In this document: piece by piece, positions 1 through 9,088 of the stretch | How positions within the stretch are numbered: position 1 is the stretch's first letter | Layout of the letters: the number at the start of each line of letters is the position of its first letter | Source: an uncultured Pseudomonadales bacterium | Lineage (GTDB): Bacteria; Patescibacteriota; Microgenomatia; UBA1400; PJMF01 | NCBI GenBank assembly: GCA_964494905.1 | Contig: CAZBTU010000004.1 | Coordinates: forward strand, 1 to 54,743 | Direction of reading: 5' to 3' | DNA: 54,743 bases | Program-made: the position numbers and the translations under genes | Notes under the pieces: generated by a model | What the model saw: the letters and a program-made list of their open reading frames with translations, nothing else | Databases searched by the model: none | Told to the model about the DNA's origin: nothing

Positions 1-38
1 AGCAACTCGGGTAGAGAACCCGAAAAAGAAGGAGCCAT

Positions 39-248
39 ATGGCACAGGCATTCAGCTATACAAACAGCAAAGGCCAAGTCTACTACCTGCATGCAAAAGA
101 TGTGACCCTTAAGAACGGTCGAGTTCAAAGAATTTACTTCTTTGCTCGAGATGTTCGTGATGGTGCACTTGATTCAGTTCCTGCTGGTTACGAAGTTATG
201 GAAACCAAGCGAACAAGCATGCCAGTTCTCAAGAGAAGCAGCAAGTAA
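39..248 (+). CDS. small hypothetical protein (69 aa)
   Basis: ORF with AAGGAG Shine-Dalgarno just upstream of the ATG and a hairpin terminator downstream. No recognisable motif. Confidence 0.5.
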   Translation: MAQAFSYTNSKGQVYYLHAKDVTLKNGRVQRIYFFARDVRDGALDSVPAGYEVMETKRTSMPVLKRSSK

Positions 249-277
249 GCTCTCTTGCAAGTATTCGTATTTTGAAG

Positions 278-310
278 CAAGCCCCGCATTACAAACGCGG
301 GGTTTGTTGT
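278..310 (+). terminator. hairpin terminator-like element
   Basis: Stem CAAGCCCCGC (278-287) pairs with GCGGGGTTTG (297-306), followed by a T-rich tail. Confidence 0.5.
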
Positions 311-372
311 ATAGTGAGCGGTTTAATCACTCATAGTATACTTACAACTGGGTGTGAACCATTAAATTATTT

Positions 373-705
373 ATGCCAGAACTTTCTCAAAAGGGTGTTT
401 ATCATGCGTTACGTACAGTTATCGACCCGGAGCTGGGGATTGATATTGTAAGTTTGGGGCTCATTTATGTGGTAACGGTCTACCCGGTCCAATCTGATCG
501 GGGAGAAGAACAGCATGTGCATATATTGATGACACTGACTACTCCAGGTTGTCCACTTGCAGGAACGTTTGATGGTATGCTTCGTGACGCCTTGCAGATG
601 ATTGAGGGTCTGGACACTAGACGCCAGGTAGATATTGAGTTGACTTTTGATCCCCCTTGGGTACCAGACATGATGAGCGAAGAAGCTCGTGCAGAGATTT
701 TCTAA
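373..705 (+). CDS. DUF59 / MIP18-SufT-like Fe-S cluster assembly protein
   Basis: 'VIDPELGIDIVSLGLIY' and 'TTPGCPL' are typical of the DUF59 (PaaD/SufT-like) family. Size 110 aa. Confidence 0.75.
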   Translation: MPELSQKGVYHALRTVIDPELGIDIVSLGLIYVVTVYPVQSDRGEEQHVHILMTLTTPGCPLAGTFDGMLRDALQMIEGLDTRRQVDIELTFDPPWVPDMMSEEARAEIF

Positions 706-845
706 TAAGATTTTGAACTGTTCTCATTATTGAGCTGCTTTTTTTCACATGATCTGTAGGATTTGTGGGGTCAATCTGGTTGCGAGAACTGTTCAGATAC
801 GTTACACTGAGTATAATTTGGTATTAACCCGATTGGGGAGGAACT

Positions 846-1061
846 ATGAAAAAGGTAACAGCACTGTCATTTTTATTCATCGCAGCGCTAGCGCTCTCAG
901 CTTGTTTGCCCGGGTCATCGCAACCAGCCGAAGATGAAGTCATGGACGGCGGTTCAGAAGTCAACTTCATTGAACCAGCACAGCCAGAAGAGCCAGCGAT
1001 GGAAGGTGAAGCAGGTGGAGCTGAAGTTATGATGGAAAACGAAGCTGTAATAGAGGAATAA
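846..1061 (+). CDS. small acidic lipoprotein
   Basis: GGGGAGG SD. Signal peptide with lipobox 'LALSAC', then an E/P/A-rich acidic tail. Confidence 0.6.
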   Translation: MKKVTALSFLFIAALALSACLPGSSQPAEDEVMDGGSEVNFIEPAQPEEPAMEGEAGGAEVMMENEAVIEE

Positions 1062-1083
1062 GCTCAGTAAATCAATTAATTGT

Positions 1084-1542
1084 ATGGTTCAGTTGATTTT
1101 CTTGGGGGCAGACCATCGTGGTTTTGCCCTCAAGGAATCCCTCAAACAGTGGTTGCGAGAGCAGGCACTGGAAGTGGTTGATTGTGGCAACACAGTCCGT
1201 GACTCTAGTGATGATTTTCCGGTTTTTTCGCAAAGGGTGGCTCAAAGCGTTCGGAAGAATCCGGGAAGTCGGGGTATTGTTCTCTGCGGTTCTGCTGCAG
1301 GTGTGACAATAATGGCCAATAAGGTGCCTGGTATTCGGGCTGCCCAAGCTGATAATTCTGAGCAAGTAAAAGAAGCGCGAGACCATCTCGATATCCAGGT
1401 TTTAGCAATTGCGGCAGATCGGATAAACGAAGAAGATGCAAAAAATATTGTACAAGCTTTTTTGCAGACACCTTTTAGCGCGGAAGATCGGTTCATTCGA
1501 CGTATAAGAGAAATTGAAGCGTACGAACAACGAGAAGACTAA
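1084..1542 (+). CDS. rpiB: ribose-5-phosphate isomerase B (RpiB/LacAB family)
   Basis: 'GADHRGFALKE', 'VLCGSAAG', 'ANKVPGIRAA' match the RpiB pattern (GxDHxG ... CGTGxG ... ANKxxGxRAA). 152 aa. Confidence 0.85.
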   Translation: MVQLIFLGADHRGFALKESLKQWLREQALEVVDCGNTVRDSSDDFPVFSQRVAQSVRKNPGSRGIVLCGSAAGVTIMANKVPGIRAAQADNSEQVKEARDHLDIQVLAIAADRINEEDAKNIVQAFLQTPFSAEDRFIRRIREIEAYEQRED

Positions 1543-1560
1543 AGGATTAAAAGTATACTT

Positions 1561-2220
1561 ATGTTGATTTTCCCAGCGATTTTAACTGACAGTGGCAATA
1601 CGCTTCGACAACAACTGGCTGTGGTCCAAGAATCCGGTTTATTTCAAACTGTTCAAGTTGATATTATTGATGGTTACTTTACAGACTCAATTACAGTCAC
1701 ACCGGCAGATTTGGCAGACTGTGATTGGGGAGATTTGAACGTCGATATTCATTTGATGACTGTCGATCCTATCGACTATGTCTATGAGTTGATTGAGTTT
1801 AAGAAACAGATTCCAGTTCGGTCGGTTATTACCCAAGTAGAAAAGATGAGCGCACAGCAAGCGTTTATAACTGAGGTGAGAAAACATGACTGGTTGGTTG
1901 GGTTCTCGCTCGACCTGTTTACGACACTCGAAGCGATCGAACATGCAGTGCGACCACAACTTGATATTGTCCAAGTCATGGGAAATGAAGCGGGTCAACA
2001 AGGGTTACCTCTACATAAAAGAGCACTTGTCACAATTCAGGAGTTATCAGCAGCAGCACAGGCAAATGACTACCAGTGGGATATCTTATGTGACATTGGT
2101 GTTAATCGTGATACGCTCAAACAAGTAGAAACAGCTGGAGCAACGGGTGCTTCGGTGGGGAGTGCGCTTTGGAAGGCAGAAGACTTTAACCAAGCAGCAC
2201 TCGAATTAATCGAAATGTAA
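1561..2220 (+). CDS. divergent ribulose-phosphate 3-epimerase-like TIM-barrel protein
   Basis: 'VDIIDGYF', 'DIHLMT', 'VMGNEAGQQG' align with the Rpe motifs HxDVMDGHF, DVHLM and VMSVxPGFGGQ, but two His positions are replaced (Q and Y). Confidence 0.55.
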   Translation: MLIFPAILTDSGNTLRQQLAVVQESGLFQTVQVDIIDGYFTDSITVTPADLADCDWGDLNVDIHLMTVDPIDYVYELIEFKKQIPVRSVITQVEKMSAQQAFITEVRKHDWLVGFSLDLFTTLEAIEHAVRPQLDIVQVMGNEAGQQGLPLHKRALVTIQELSAAAQANDYQWDILCDIGVNRDTLKQVETAGATGASVGSALWKAEDFNQAALELIEM

Positions 2221-2227
2221 GAGGCGT

Positions 2228-2848
2228 ATGCAACGTTTGGTTCAAGTACCTCGACCCAAAAAACACACTCAAATTAATAAAATTGGGATTTTTGGCAGTG
2301 CTGACGTCGATGAAAAACACCCACTCTTCGAAGAAGTGTTTTCTGTCACAAGGTATTTAGCGTATCACGGAAAAATTATTGTTGATGGTGGAGGCCCTGG
2401 TGTGATGTTGGCTGCTACTCAGGGTGCTGCGTCAGTCGGAGGCAAGACTGTTGGTGTAACGTTTTATCCTGCTGATATGCCCGAGTTTGAAGGACGAGAT
2501 ACACTCAATTCTGTTGATCGTGAAATTAAAACTGCTAACTACATTGAGAGAATGTTTACACTCATGGACGAGTCGGATGCTTTTGTTTGTTTTCAGGGGG
2601 GGACGGGAACGTTGAGCGAGTGGGCAACCGCGTGGTTGTTAGCGCATCTGTACTACGGAAATCATAAGCCCCTTATCCTGTATGGTGCGTTTTGGAGAGA
2701 AGTCATGCGAGTGATCAATGACCACTTTTTTATTGGGCAAAAAGAACAACATGTTTATACAATTGTTGACAACGAGGAACAGCTGATCGCTGCTTTGGAC
2801 GCGTTTGAGCGCGAGCTTGAACTGCGAGAAAGGGAAAGGAGCCAGTAA
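2228..2848 (+). CDS. LOG family / TIGR00730 nucleotide 5'-monophosphate nucleosidase-like protein
   Basis: 'GGGPGVMLAATQGA' and 'QGGTGTLSE' (the PGGxGTxxE motif). Confidence 0.8.
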   Translation: MQRLVQVPRPKKHTQINKIGIFGSADVDEKHPLFEEVFSVTRYLAYHGKIIVDGGGPGVMLAATQGAASVGGKTVGVTFYPADMPEFEGRDTLNSVDREIKTANYIERMFTLMDESDAFVCFQGGTGTLSEWATAWLLAHLYYGNHKPLILYGAFWREVMRVINDHFFIGQKEQHVYTIVDNEEQLIAALDAFERELELRERERSQ

Positions 2849-3783
2849 TGCCGAGCGTTTTGTCAATTGGTTCTAGTTTGGTCGATATCTTTGTTCAATC
2901 TGACGAATTTCAACTAGAAAAAAGCTCAGAAGGTTTGTTGCTTTGCCAAAGATATGGTGAAAAAATTGAGATATCAGATTTTTCGTTGCATACAGGTGGT
3001 GGTGCGAGCAATACAGCTGTTGGTTTTGTTAGACTTGGCATGGATGCAAGTATTATTGCTGAGCTGGGGAGAGATAGCTGGTCGGAGATTATTGCAGCAG
3101 ATCTCAAAAAATCAAATGTGAGGACAGACTACATGGTTGTCGAAAAGAAAGAGCATACAGGTGGGTCAGTGATACTAATAGGCAAAGATGGCGGTCGTAC
3201 GGTGTTAGTACATCGGGGAGCAGCTTCTCAATTGGATCCTCAAGATGTGCCACCATCCGCAATTGAACAAGCAGATTGGGTGCACTTATCTAGCATTTCT
3301 GGTAGAAAAGAAACACTGATACACATATTTTCACTACTCCAGAGGGGTGAACGGAAGTTATCCTGGAATCCAGGTAAGCAAGAACTCAAGCTTATTGCTC
3401 AAGCTGAGCTTGATGTCAGTCAGATTCCCTGTTCTGTTTTACTTCTCAATAAGCAAGAGTGGGAGTCGGTGCAGACGGTAGCCCATATACTCAAAAAACA
3501 TATTCCAGAAATTGTCATCACAGATGGAAGCGAAGGGGGGTGGATTATAGGGGGGGATGTCCAAACACCGTTTGTTGTTGAAAAGGTTCGCTCAGTTGAT
3601 GACACTGGTGCAGGTGATGCTTTCGCAGTTGGCTACGTCGCGGCTCGGGTGCTCGGTGAGTCAGTCACCACAGCGCTTCACTGGGCCAAAGCGAATGCTC
3701 AATCAGTCGTGCAGTTCGTAGGAGCCAAGCCAGGACTCCTGACCAAATCGGGGCTGGAGGAAATGCTCAAACATGTGTCATAA
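2848..3783 (+). CDS. PfkB-family carbohydrate/ribokinase-like kinase
   Basis: 'GGGASNTAVG' and the C-terminal 'DTGAGDAF' PfkB signatures. The start overlaps the upstream stop (TAATG). Confidence 0.8.
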   Translation: MPSVLSIGSSLVDIFVQSDEFQLEKSSEGLLLCQRYGEKIEISDFSLHTGGGASNTAVGFVRLGMDASIIAELGRDSWSEIIAADLKKSNVRTDYMVVEKKEHTGGSVILIGKDGGRTVLVHRGAASQLDPQDVPPSAIEQADWVHLSSISGRKETLIHIFSLLQRGERKLSWNPGKQELKLIAQAELDVSQIPCSVLLLNKQEWESVQTVAHILKKHIPEIVITDGSEGGWIIGGDVQTPFVVEKVRSVDDTGAGDAFAVGYVAARVLGESVTTALHWAKANAQSVVQFVGAKPGLLTKSGLEEMLKHVS

Positions 3784-3792
3784 TGATTTAAT

Positions 3793-4335
3793 ATGTTGAA
3801 ATTCCTGCCGGCCCTTCTTGCTTTTTTCGTTCTTCTTTTTTCAGTGCAACCAGTGTTTGCTGCCAATCTCAATATCGTGAGCATTGGTGGAGTTGAGACC
3901 GGTGGCACAGTGCCAACTTCTTGGACACACGAAGGCACAAACCCTCCGTTCATCGGCACAGCTTCTCCCTCGGCTTCGATTCAAGTTTCAATTGATGGTT
4001 TGATCTACACAGCGGCTGCCAGCAGTACGGGTGCTTGGCTCTACACTCCAGTGTCCCTAACAACTAGTGGAGCTCATGAAGTCGTTATCTCCTCGGGCAC
4101 AGAGAATCTGATTTTTACTTTAACGATTGCTGGAGTGGGAGTCGGCGGAGCCAGTAGCACCGTATCTGCTTCCACAACCACAAGCACGACTTCAGCGCAA
4201 CCAAGCATGCCAAGCGAGTTACCGAGCACCGGTGCTCCAAGTCTCTTTTGGTTGAGCATTAGTGGGTTATTTCTATCCGGGATTGGCGTAGTGGGGTATA
4301 CCAAACTGCACGCCTATCTAGAGCAAGACATTTAA
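3793..4335 (+). CDS. LPXTG-anchored surface protein
   Basis: N-terminal signal peptide (…VQPVFA/AN), S/T-rich stalk, 'LPSTG' at 4219-4233, then a hydrophobic helix and a short charged tail. Confidence 0.7.
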   Translation: MLKFLPALLAFFVLLFSVQPVFAANLNIVSIGGVETGGTVPTSWTHEGTNPPFIGTASPSASIQVSIDGLIYTAAASSTGAWLYTPVSLTTSGAHEVVISSGTENLIFTLTIAGVGVGGASSTVSASTTTSTTSAQPSMPSELPSTGAPSLFWLSISGLFLSGIGVVGYTKLHAYLEQDI

Positions 4336-4341
4336 AAGCTC

Positions 4342-5448
4342 ATGAATCAGTCAATAACCTCTCCAGCTGTTCCAACATCGACGCTGCAATCAGGAAACTT
4401 TCAAGAAATATTGCAACGAGAGATTGAAGAGCTGAAGGTCAAAGTTTCACAATCGGTTTTACCAGAAGAAATGCGCCGAAAGGTAGAGAAGGACATTGTT
4501 GCGCTTGAGCGCAGTGTCGCGTTGGGTAGCTATGATGAAAAGTACGAGAAGGTTTCCCATTACATTGATTGGGTGCTTCGGATTCCATGGGAAGCTGAAA
4601 CAGAAGACACACTGGATATCCAAAAAACGGCTGAAATTTTTGAAAAACATCACTTCGGAATGCAGGAAATTAAAGATCGCTTCTTAGAGTATGTTGCGGT
4701 ACTTAAGATGCGAAAACAGCAGTTCTCAGAGAGCGACTTTCGGGCACCAGTTTTGTTGCTTGTGGGTTTGGTGGGTACAGGAAAGACAACGTTCGCGATC
4801 TCTTTAGCTGAAGCGCTTGGTCGTAAGCTCGTCCGTATACCGTTCGGCGGTATGGGTTCGGCTGGTGAGCTCAGGGGTGATTCACGATTACTTTTGGGTT
4901 CAGAGCCGGGCAAAGTCATCAAGGGTCTCTGTGAAGTTGGAGTCCGCAACCCGATTATTTTACTCGATGAAATCGATCGCGGTAGTGAAGAAGCCAACAA
5001 AGATATCATGGGTGTGCTGGTTGAGCTTTTGGATCCAGCCCAAAATCATGCGTTCCGGGATACCTACATTGATTATCCAATCAACTTGTCTCACGCGATT
5101 TTTCTAGCGACAGCCAACAACACCGTTGCCATCGCTACGGCTGTGATGGATCGTATGGAAAAAATTACTATGCCTTCATATACGGATCACGAGAAGATAG
5201 TAATTGCCCAGAAATATGTCTTGCCCAAAATGTTGGAGGATGCTGGTTTGCGACCAGAGCAGTTTATAATCAAGGATGAGGTTTGGCCGGTGATTACTCG
5301 ACCACTCGGTTATGATGCTGGAATTCGTACTCTACAGAGAACACTACAGGGTGCTGTGCGAAAGGCAGCTCGCATTATAGTAGAAAAAGGGTACGGCGAA
5401 ATTGTTATCACGGCTGAAAACAAACAGATTTTCTTACCTCAATATTAA
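4342..5448 (+). CDS. Lon-like AAA+ ATPase module lacking the N-terminal domain and the protease domain
   Basis: Collinear with the LonA central region: 'YIDWVLRIPW', Walker A 'GLVGTGKTT', Walker B 'ILLDEIDR', 'LLDPAQNHAF'. The ORF stops where the Lon protease domain would begin. Confidence 0.75.
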   Translation: MNQSITSPAVPTSTLQSGNFQEILQREIEELKVKVSQSVLPEEMRRKVEKDIVALERSVALGSYDEKYEKVSHYIDWVLRIPWEAETEDTLDIQKTAEIFEKHHFGMQEIKDRFLEYVAVLKMRKQQFSESDFRAPVLLLVGLVGTGKTTFAISLAEALGRKLVRIPFGGMGSAGELRGDSRLLLGSEPGKVIKGLCEVGVRNPIILLDEIDRGSEEANKDIMGVLVELLDPAQNHAFRDTYIDYPINLSHAIFLATANNTVAIATAVMDRMEKITMPSYTDHEKIVIAQKYVLPKMLEDAGLRPEQFIIKDEVWPVITRPLGYDAGIRTLQRTLQGAVRKAARIIVEKGYGEIVITAENKQIFLPQY

Positions 5449-5493
5449 AGCAAAGCTTGTTTTTATGGGTTATAATGGGCGCAGTTTTAGTTA

Positions 5494-5748
5494 ATGCAGG
5501 TTGTTTCTGCATATTTAATCTTAACTAAGTGTATGCAAAATTCCAGAGAACGTATTCAAGCGATCACAGACCAGCTAACCATTGCACAACAGCGGTATGA
5601 GACTATTGGAGCACGAATCCGATCCTGTTTTAGTCCAAGTGAGCTGGAAGACTTGGCTGTTGAGGCCGCGTTACAGAAAAAATTGATTAGGCAGCTTGAA
5701 CAAAAAAAGAACAACATTACCGTAGTAGAGTATCATCCGTCTGTATGA
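5494..5748 (+). CDS. small coiled-coil hypothetical protein (start uncertain; alternative ATG at 5524)
   Basis: ORF only. Its stop overlaps the next start (ATGA). Confidence 0.35.
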   Translation: MQVVSAYLILTKCMQNSRERIQAITDQLTIAQQRYETIGARIRSCFSPSELEDLAVEAALQKKLIRQLEQKKNNITVVEYHPSV

Positions 5749-6371
5749 CAAAGGCCGATCAGTTAGTGGCTGTCACGCGTGCTCTCGAAGAGCAAGCGGG
5801 TAGTCTTCCACTGACGACGACAGCTGCCGATATAGTTCCTGGGGAAGGCACACCTGAAGCTGAAGTGATGCTCATTGGTGAAGCCCCTGGGTATAACGAA
5901 ACTGTGCAGCGACGGCCGTTTGTCGGCTTATCTGGCAAGTTACTTCGCCAAACGTTAACAGACAATGCAATTCCACCTGAGTCCGTTTTTATTTCTAACA
6001 TCGTTAAGGCTAGACCCCCCGAGAATAGAGATCCAACACCAGAAGAAATTGCTGCGTACAGACCGTTTCTCGACCGTGAGATTGAGATACTGAATCCTTA
6101 TCTAGTAATTACCCTCGGTCGTTACAGCATGGCTAAGTTTCTTCCTAGTGTGAAGATCTCACAGATCCATGGTCGTTTGCAGAAGGTAAGCTGGAATAAG
6201 CAGACGTTGTACGTTTTGCCAATGTACCACCCTGCTGCTGCATTACGAGCGCCTCAAGTAAAAATCTCTTTTATTGCCGATTTCAAAAAAGTACTTCCTA
6301 CAGTTAAGTGGGTGAAAGAACAAAAAGAGTTGAACAAACTCACAGCTTCTGTTACCGAGGCACTTTTTTAG
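5745..6371 (+). CDS. uracil-DNA glycosylase, family 4
   Basis: 'GEAPGYNE', 'PFVGLSGKLL' and 'MYHPAAALR' are family-4 UDG motifs. Confidence 0.85.
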   Translation: MTKADQLVAVTRALEEQAGSLPLTTTAADIVPGEGTPEAEVMLIGEAPGYNETVQRRPFVGLSGKLLRQTLTDNAIPPESVFISNIVKARPPENRDPTPEEIAAYRPFLDREIEILNPYLVITLGRYSMAKFLPSVKISQIHGRLQKVSWNKQTLYVLPMYHPAAALRAPQVKISFIADFKKVLPTVKWVKEQKELNKLTASVTEALF

Positions 6372-6460
6372 CGTGCAGGTTGCTGGTACAAACTCGATCA
6401 GCTATACTAGTTACCAAACAATAGAAGAAGTGCGTCTCGAGAAAAGATAGTGAACACAAC

Positions 6461-7243
6461 ATGATCATCGCCTTATTAGGAATTCTCTTTATAGCCCCAA
6501 TATTTAGCTGGGTTATTTATAAACATCAGGGCAAAAAACAGCTTGTTAAACTTGACCTGGTTCAGTTCATTTACTTGTTTGTTATGGCGCCAACCCTTTT
6601 TGTCTGGGTCAAGTCATTTCTGTTCTATATTCTTAAAGGTGAGTTAGGCCTAAGTTTGAGTGTCAATCAAGTGTTTGTGCTCGATACTGTTTTGAGCGTC
6701 ATCGCGTTCTACATATTTTCAGCGGTGGCGATCCATACTTTGACCAAAACTTTCCGGCTCCACAAGGATCACAACCCACTCTTTGATTTATTTGAGCTCT
6801 CCGAGTACTTCCACCTTTGGTGGTCCCACTTGATTATCTGGATTGGGTTGATGGCTGTTTTAGCGTTTATCGCTGTGGTGAACCTGTTCATACCGATAGC
6901 TTCTGCCCAAGCAATTATCTCAGCACCAGTTGCGGTCATGATTGGGCTGTTTCTGGGATTAACGCTATTTATGATAGTCTGGCAGTCTGATGTACAACAG
7001 GCAAACTATATGCGAATCATGAAGCTGAGTTTTGCCTTCTTTTTTGCGTTGCATGTGGTGTTGTACTTTATCTTGACGCCGAAGTTTTCAGCTCAATATG
7101 CACCGTACTGGGCAGTGTTCAATATTTTTTTCGCGGCGGTGGTGTCGGGTTTTTGGTTGCAGCGATCCAGACGAGCACGAAGTTTTAGAGATAGGTTTGT
7201 TCACTCGAACTGGGGGAACAACATATCATTATTTGAAAAGTAG
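6461..7243 (+). CDS. polytopic membrane protein, unknown function
   Basis: About 7 hydrophobic segments. No motif recognised. Confidence 0.6.
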   Translation: MIIALLGILFIAPIFSWVIYKHQGKKQLVKLDLVQFIYLFVMAPTLFVWVKSFLFYILKGELGLSLSVNQVFVLDTVLSVIAFYIFSAVAIHTLTKTFRLHKDHNPLFDLFELSEYFHLWWSHLIIWIGLMAVLAFIAVVNLFIPIASAQAIISAPVAVMIGLFLGLTLFMIVWQSDVQQANYMRIMKLSFAFFFALHVVLYFILTPKFSAQYAPYWAVFNIFFAAVVSGFWLQRSRRARSFRDRFVHSNWGNNISLFEK

Positions 7244-7276
7244 TAAATGAAAGATCAATTCTAGAAAGATTGAAGT

Positions 7277-8944
7277 ATGTCTCAGCTCACAATTATTCCC
7301 TTGGGAGGTATGGGGAATGTTACCCAAAACATGTTCTTATACGAGTACGACGATGAGATTGTCATTGTTGACTGTGGTATCGGTTTCCCTGACATGTACA
7401 TGCCAGGAGTCGATGTTCTTATCCCTGATATCTCGTATCTTTTAAAAAGGCTAGATGCAGGCAAGAAAATCATCGGTATGGTGCTCTCCCATGGGCATGA
7501 TGATCACATTGCGGCCTTGCCGTACCTGCTTCCGGGCCTACCAGAGTTTCCAATATATGGATCTCCACTCACCGCTGGTTTTGCTGAGCAGAGGATGGTT
7601 GATGGTGGGGTACAGCGCTCCGTTAGAGTGATTGATTCAAACAAGCCGTTTAAACTCAGTGAAAATTTTACTGTTCAGTTAATGGCAGTTACCCACTCAG
7701 TGCCAGATACTCGACATGTAGTGTTGAGAACACCAGAAGGAATAATTTATCACGGTAGCGACTTCAAACTTGATCCCAACCCGGTGGACGGTCAAGTAAC
7801 GGACTTAGAGCACATTGGTCAACTCGCTGATGAAAAAGTACTGTGTATGATGGTTGACTGTTTGAGGGTTGAACAACCCGAATGGGTCAAGTCAGAGTCA
7901 ACAACTGGTCCAGTTATCGACCGAATTATGGCAGAAACAACAGGGACATTTGTTATCACTCTCATGAGTTCTCATATCCATCGGATTCAACAGACCGTCA
8001 ATGTGGCAGAAAAATATGGCAGAAAGGTCGCTTTTATTGGTCGCTCGGTTGAGCAGAATGTGGACATTGCGACGCGGTTGAATCGGCTTCATATCCCTGA
8101 CGGAATGCTGGTGGATAAGCGTGATTTGAACGACCATCAAGACAGCAAGCTCTGTTTGATCGTAGCCGGTAGCCAAGGACAAGAGGGTTCTTCCTTGATC
8201 AGAGCGATCTATGGTGATCATCCGGTACTGCGAATCAAACCGACCGATACAGTCGTCTTCTCGGCAGATGCCATACCCGGAAACGAAATTCCTTATTTTG
8301 GGGCAATTGACGAGCTCTCACGTAACCGCGTTCACGTTATCTACCCTGACGTTGAACCTGGCATCCACCGCTCAGGCCATGCCAGTGCTCCGGAACAGCA
8401 AGAGTTGGTCGGCTTGGTGAAACCTCGGTACGTGATGCCAATTGGTGGTGCAGATCGGCACAGAGTCAAGTTCATCGAGTTAGTTGCCAAACCTCTAGGC
8501 TTGAAAGAAGATCAACTGATTTTGCCAGAATCAGGGGAAGTGATTGCATTTGAGAATGGGCAGGTGCGCTCTGTTGAAAAAATTATCTTACGACCTCCAG
8601 TTGTTGATGGTCTTGGTATCGGTGATGTCGGCCCCGCAGTCCTATCAGATCGGCGAGCGCTCAGTCAGGCCGGAATGGTTGTCGTGGTTATTCCTCGATT
8701 TAAACGACGATTCCAACTTGATCAACTCGAAATTGCATCTCGAGGATTTGTTTTTATGAAGGAGGCAGCAGAAGTTGTAGGGTTTATCAAGGGTGTGGTT
8801 GCAGATACAATCAAGGAGTCCTCGCCAAAACAAGATGACGAGACACTTATCAAGCAGATCGAACGTCGTTTATCAAGACGACTCTACAAGGTGATTAAGA
8901 GAGAGCCGCTTATCGTGCCGGTCATTCTCGACTTGCAACAATGA
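7277..8944 (+). CDS. rnj: ribonuclease J (metallo-beta-lactamase/beta-CASP)
   Basis: 'LSHGHDDHIAALPYL' (HxHxDH) and 'IIPLGGMGNVTQNM'. The 555 aa length is typical of RNase J. Confidence 0.9.
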   Translation: MSQLTIIPLGGMGNVTQNMFLYEYDDEIVIVDCGIGFPDMYMPGVDVLIPDISYLLKRLDAGKKIIGMVLSHGHDDHIAALPYLLPGLPEFPIYGSPLTAGFAEQRMVDGGVQRSVRVIDSNKPFKLSENFTVQLMAVTHSVPDTRHVVLRTPEGIIYHGSDFKLDPNPVDGQVTDLEHIGQLADEKVLCMMVDCLRVEQPEWVKSESTTGPVIDRIMAETTGTFVITLMSSHIHRIQQTVNVAEKYGRKVAFIGRSVEQNVDIATRLNRLHIPDGMLVDKRDLNDHQDSKLCLIVAGSQGQEGSSLIRAIYGDHPVLRIKPTDTVVFSADAIPGNEIPYFGAIDELSRNRVHVIYPDVEPGIHRSGHASAPEQQELVGLVKPRYVMPIGGADRHRVKFIELVAKPLGLKEDQLILPESGEVIAFENGQVRSVEKIILRPPVVDGLGIGDVGPAVLSDRRALSQAGMVVVVIPRFKRRFQLDQLEIASRGFVFMKEAAEVVGFIKGVVADTIKESSPKQDDETLIKQIERRLSRRLYKVIKREPLIVPVILDLQQ

Positions 8945-9088
8945 TCTACTTGAGAGATGCTTATAGATAGCTGTTCAGAAGCGGTTGTATCTTTAAATCT
9001 GAAAAACTACTACTTGCAATTGTGTTTAACTATGTATATCCTATAATAATAACACTCGATACATTTTGTTCGATATAATGAATTAGAC

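Noticed and set aside
3535-3556. G6 and G7 runs inside the PfkB kinase gene as possible slippage sites.
   Set aside because: They encode Gly-Gly pairs in a conserved-looking enzyme core. They are shorter than typical contingency tracts, and nothing supports phase variation of a metabolic kinase.
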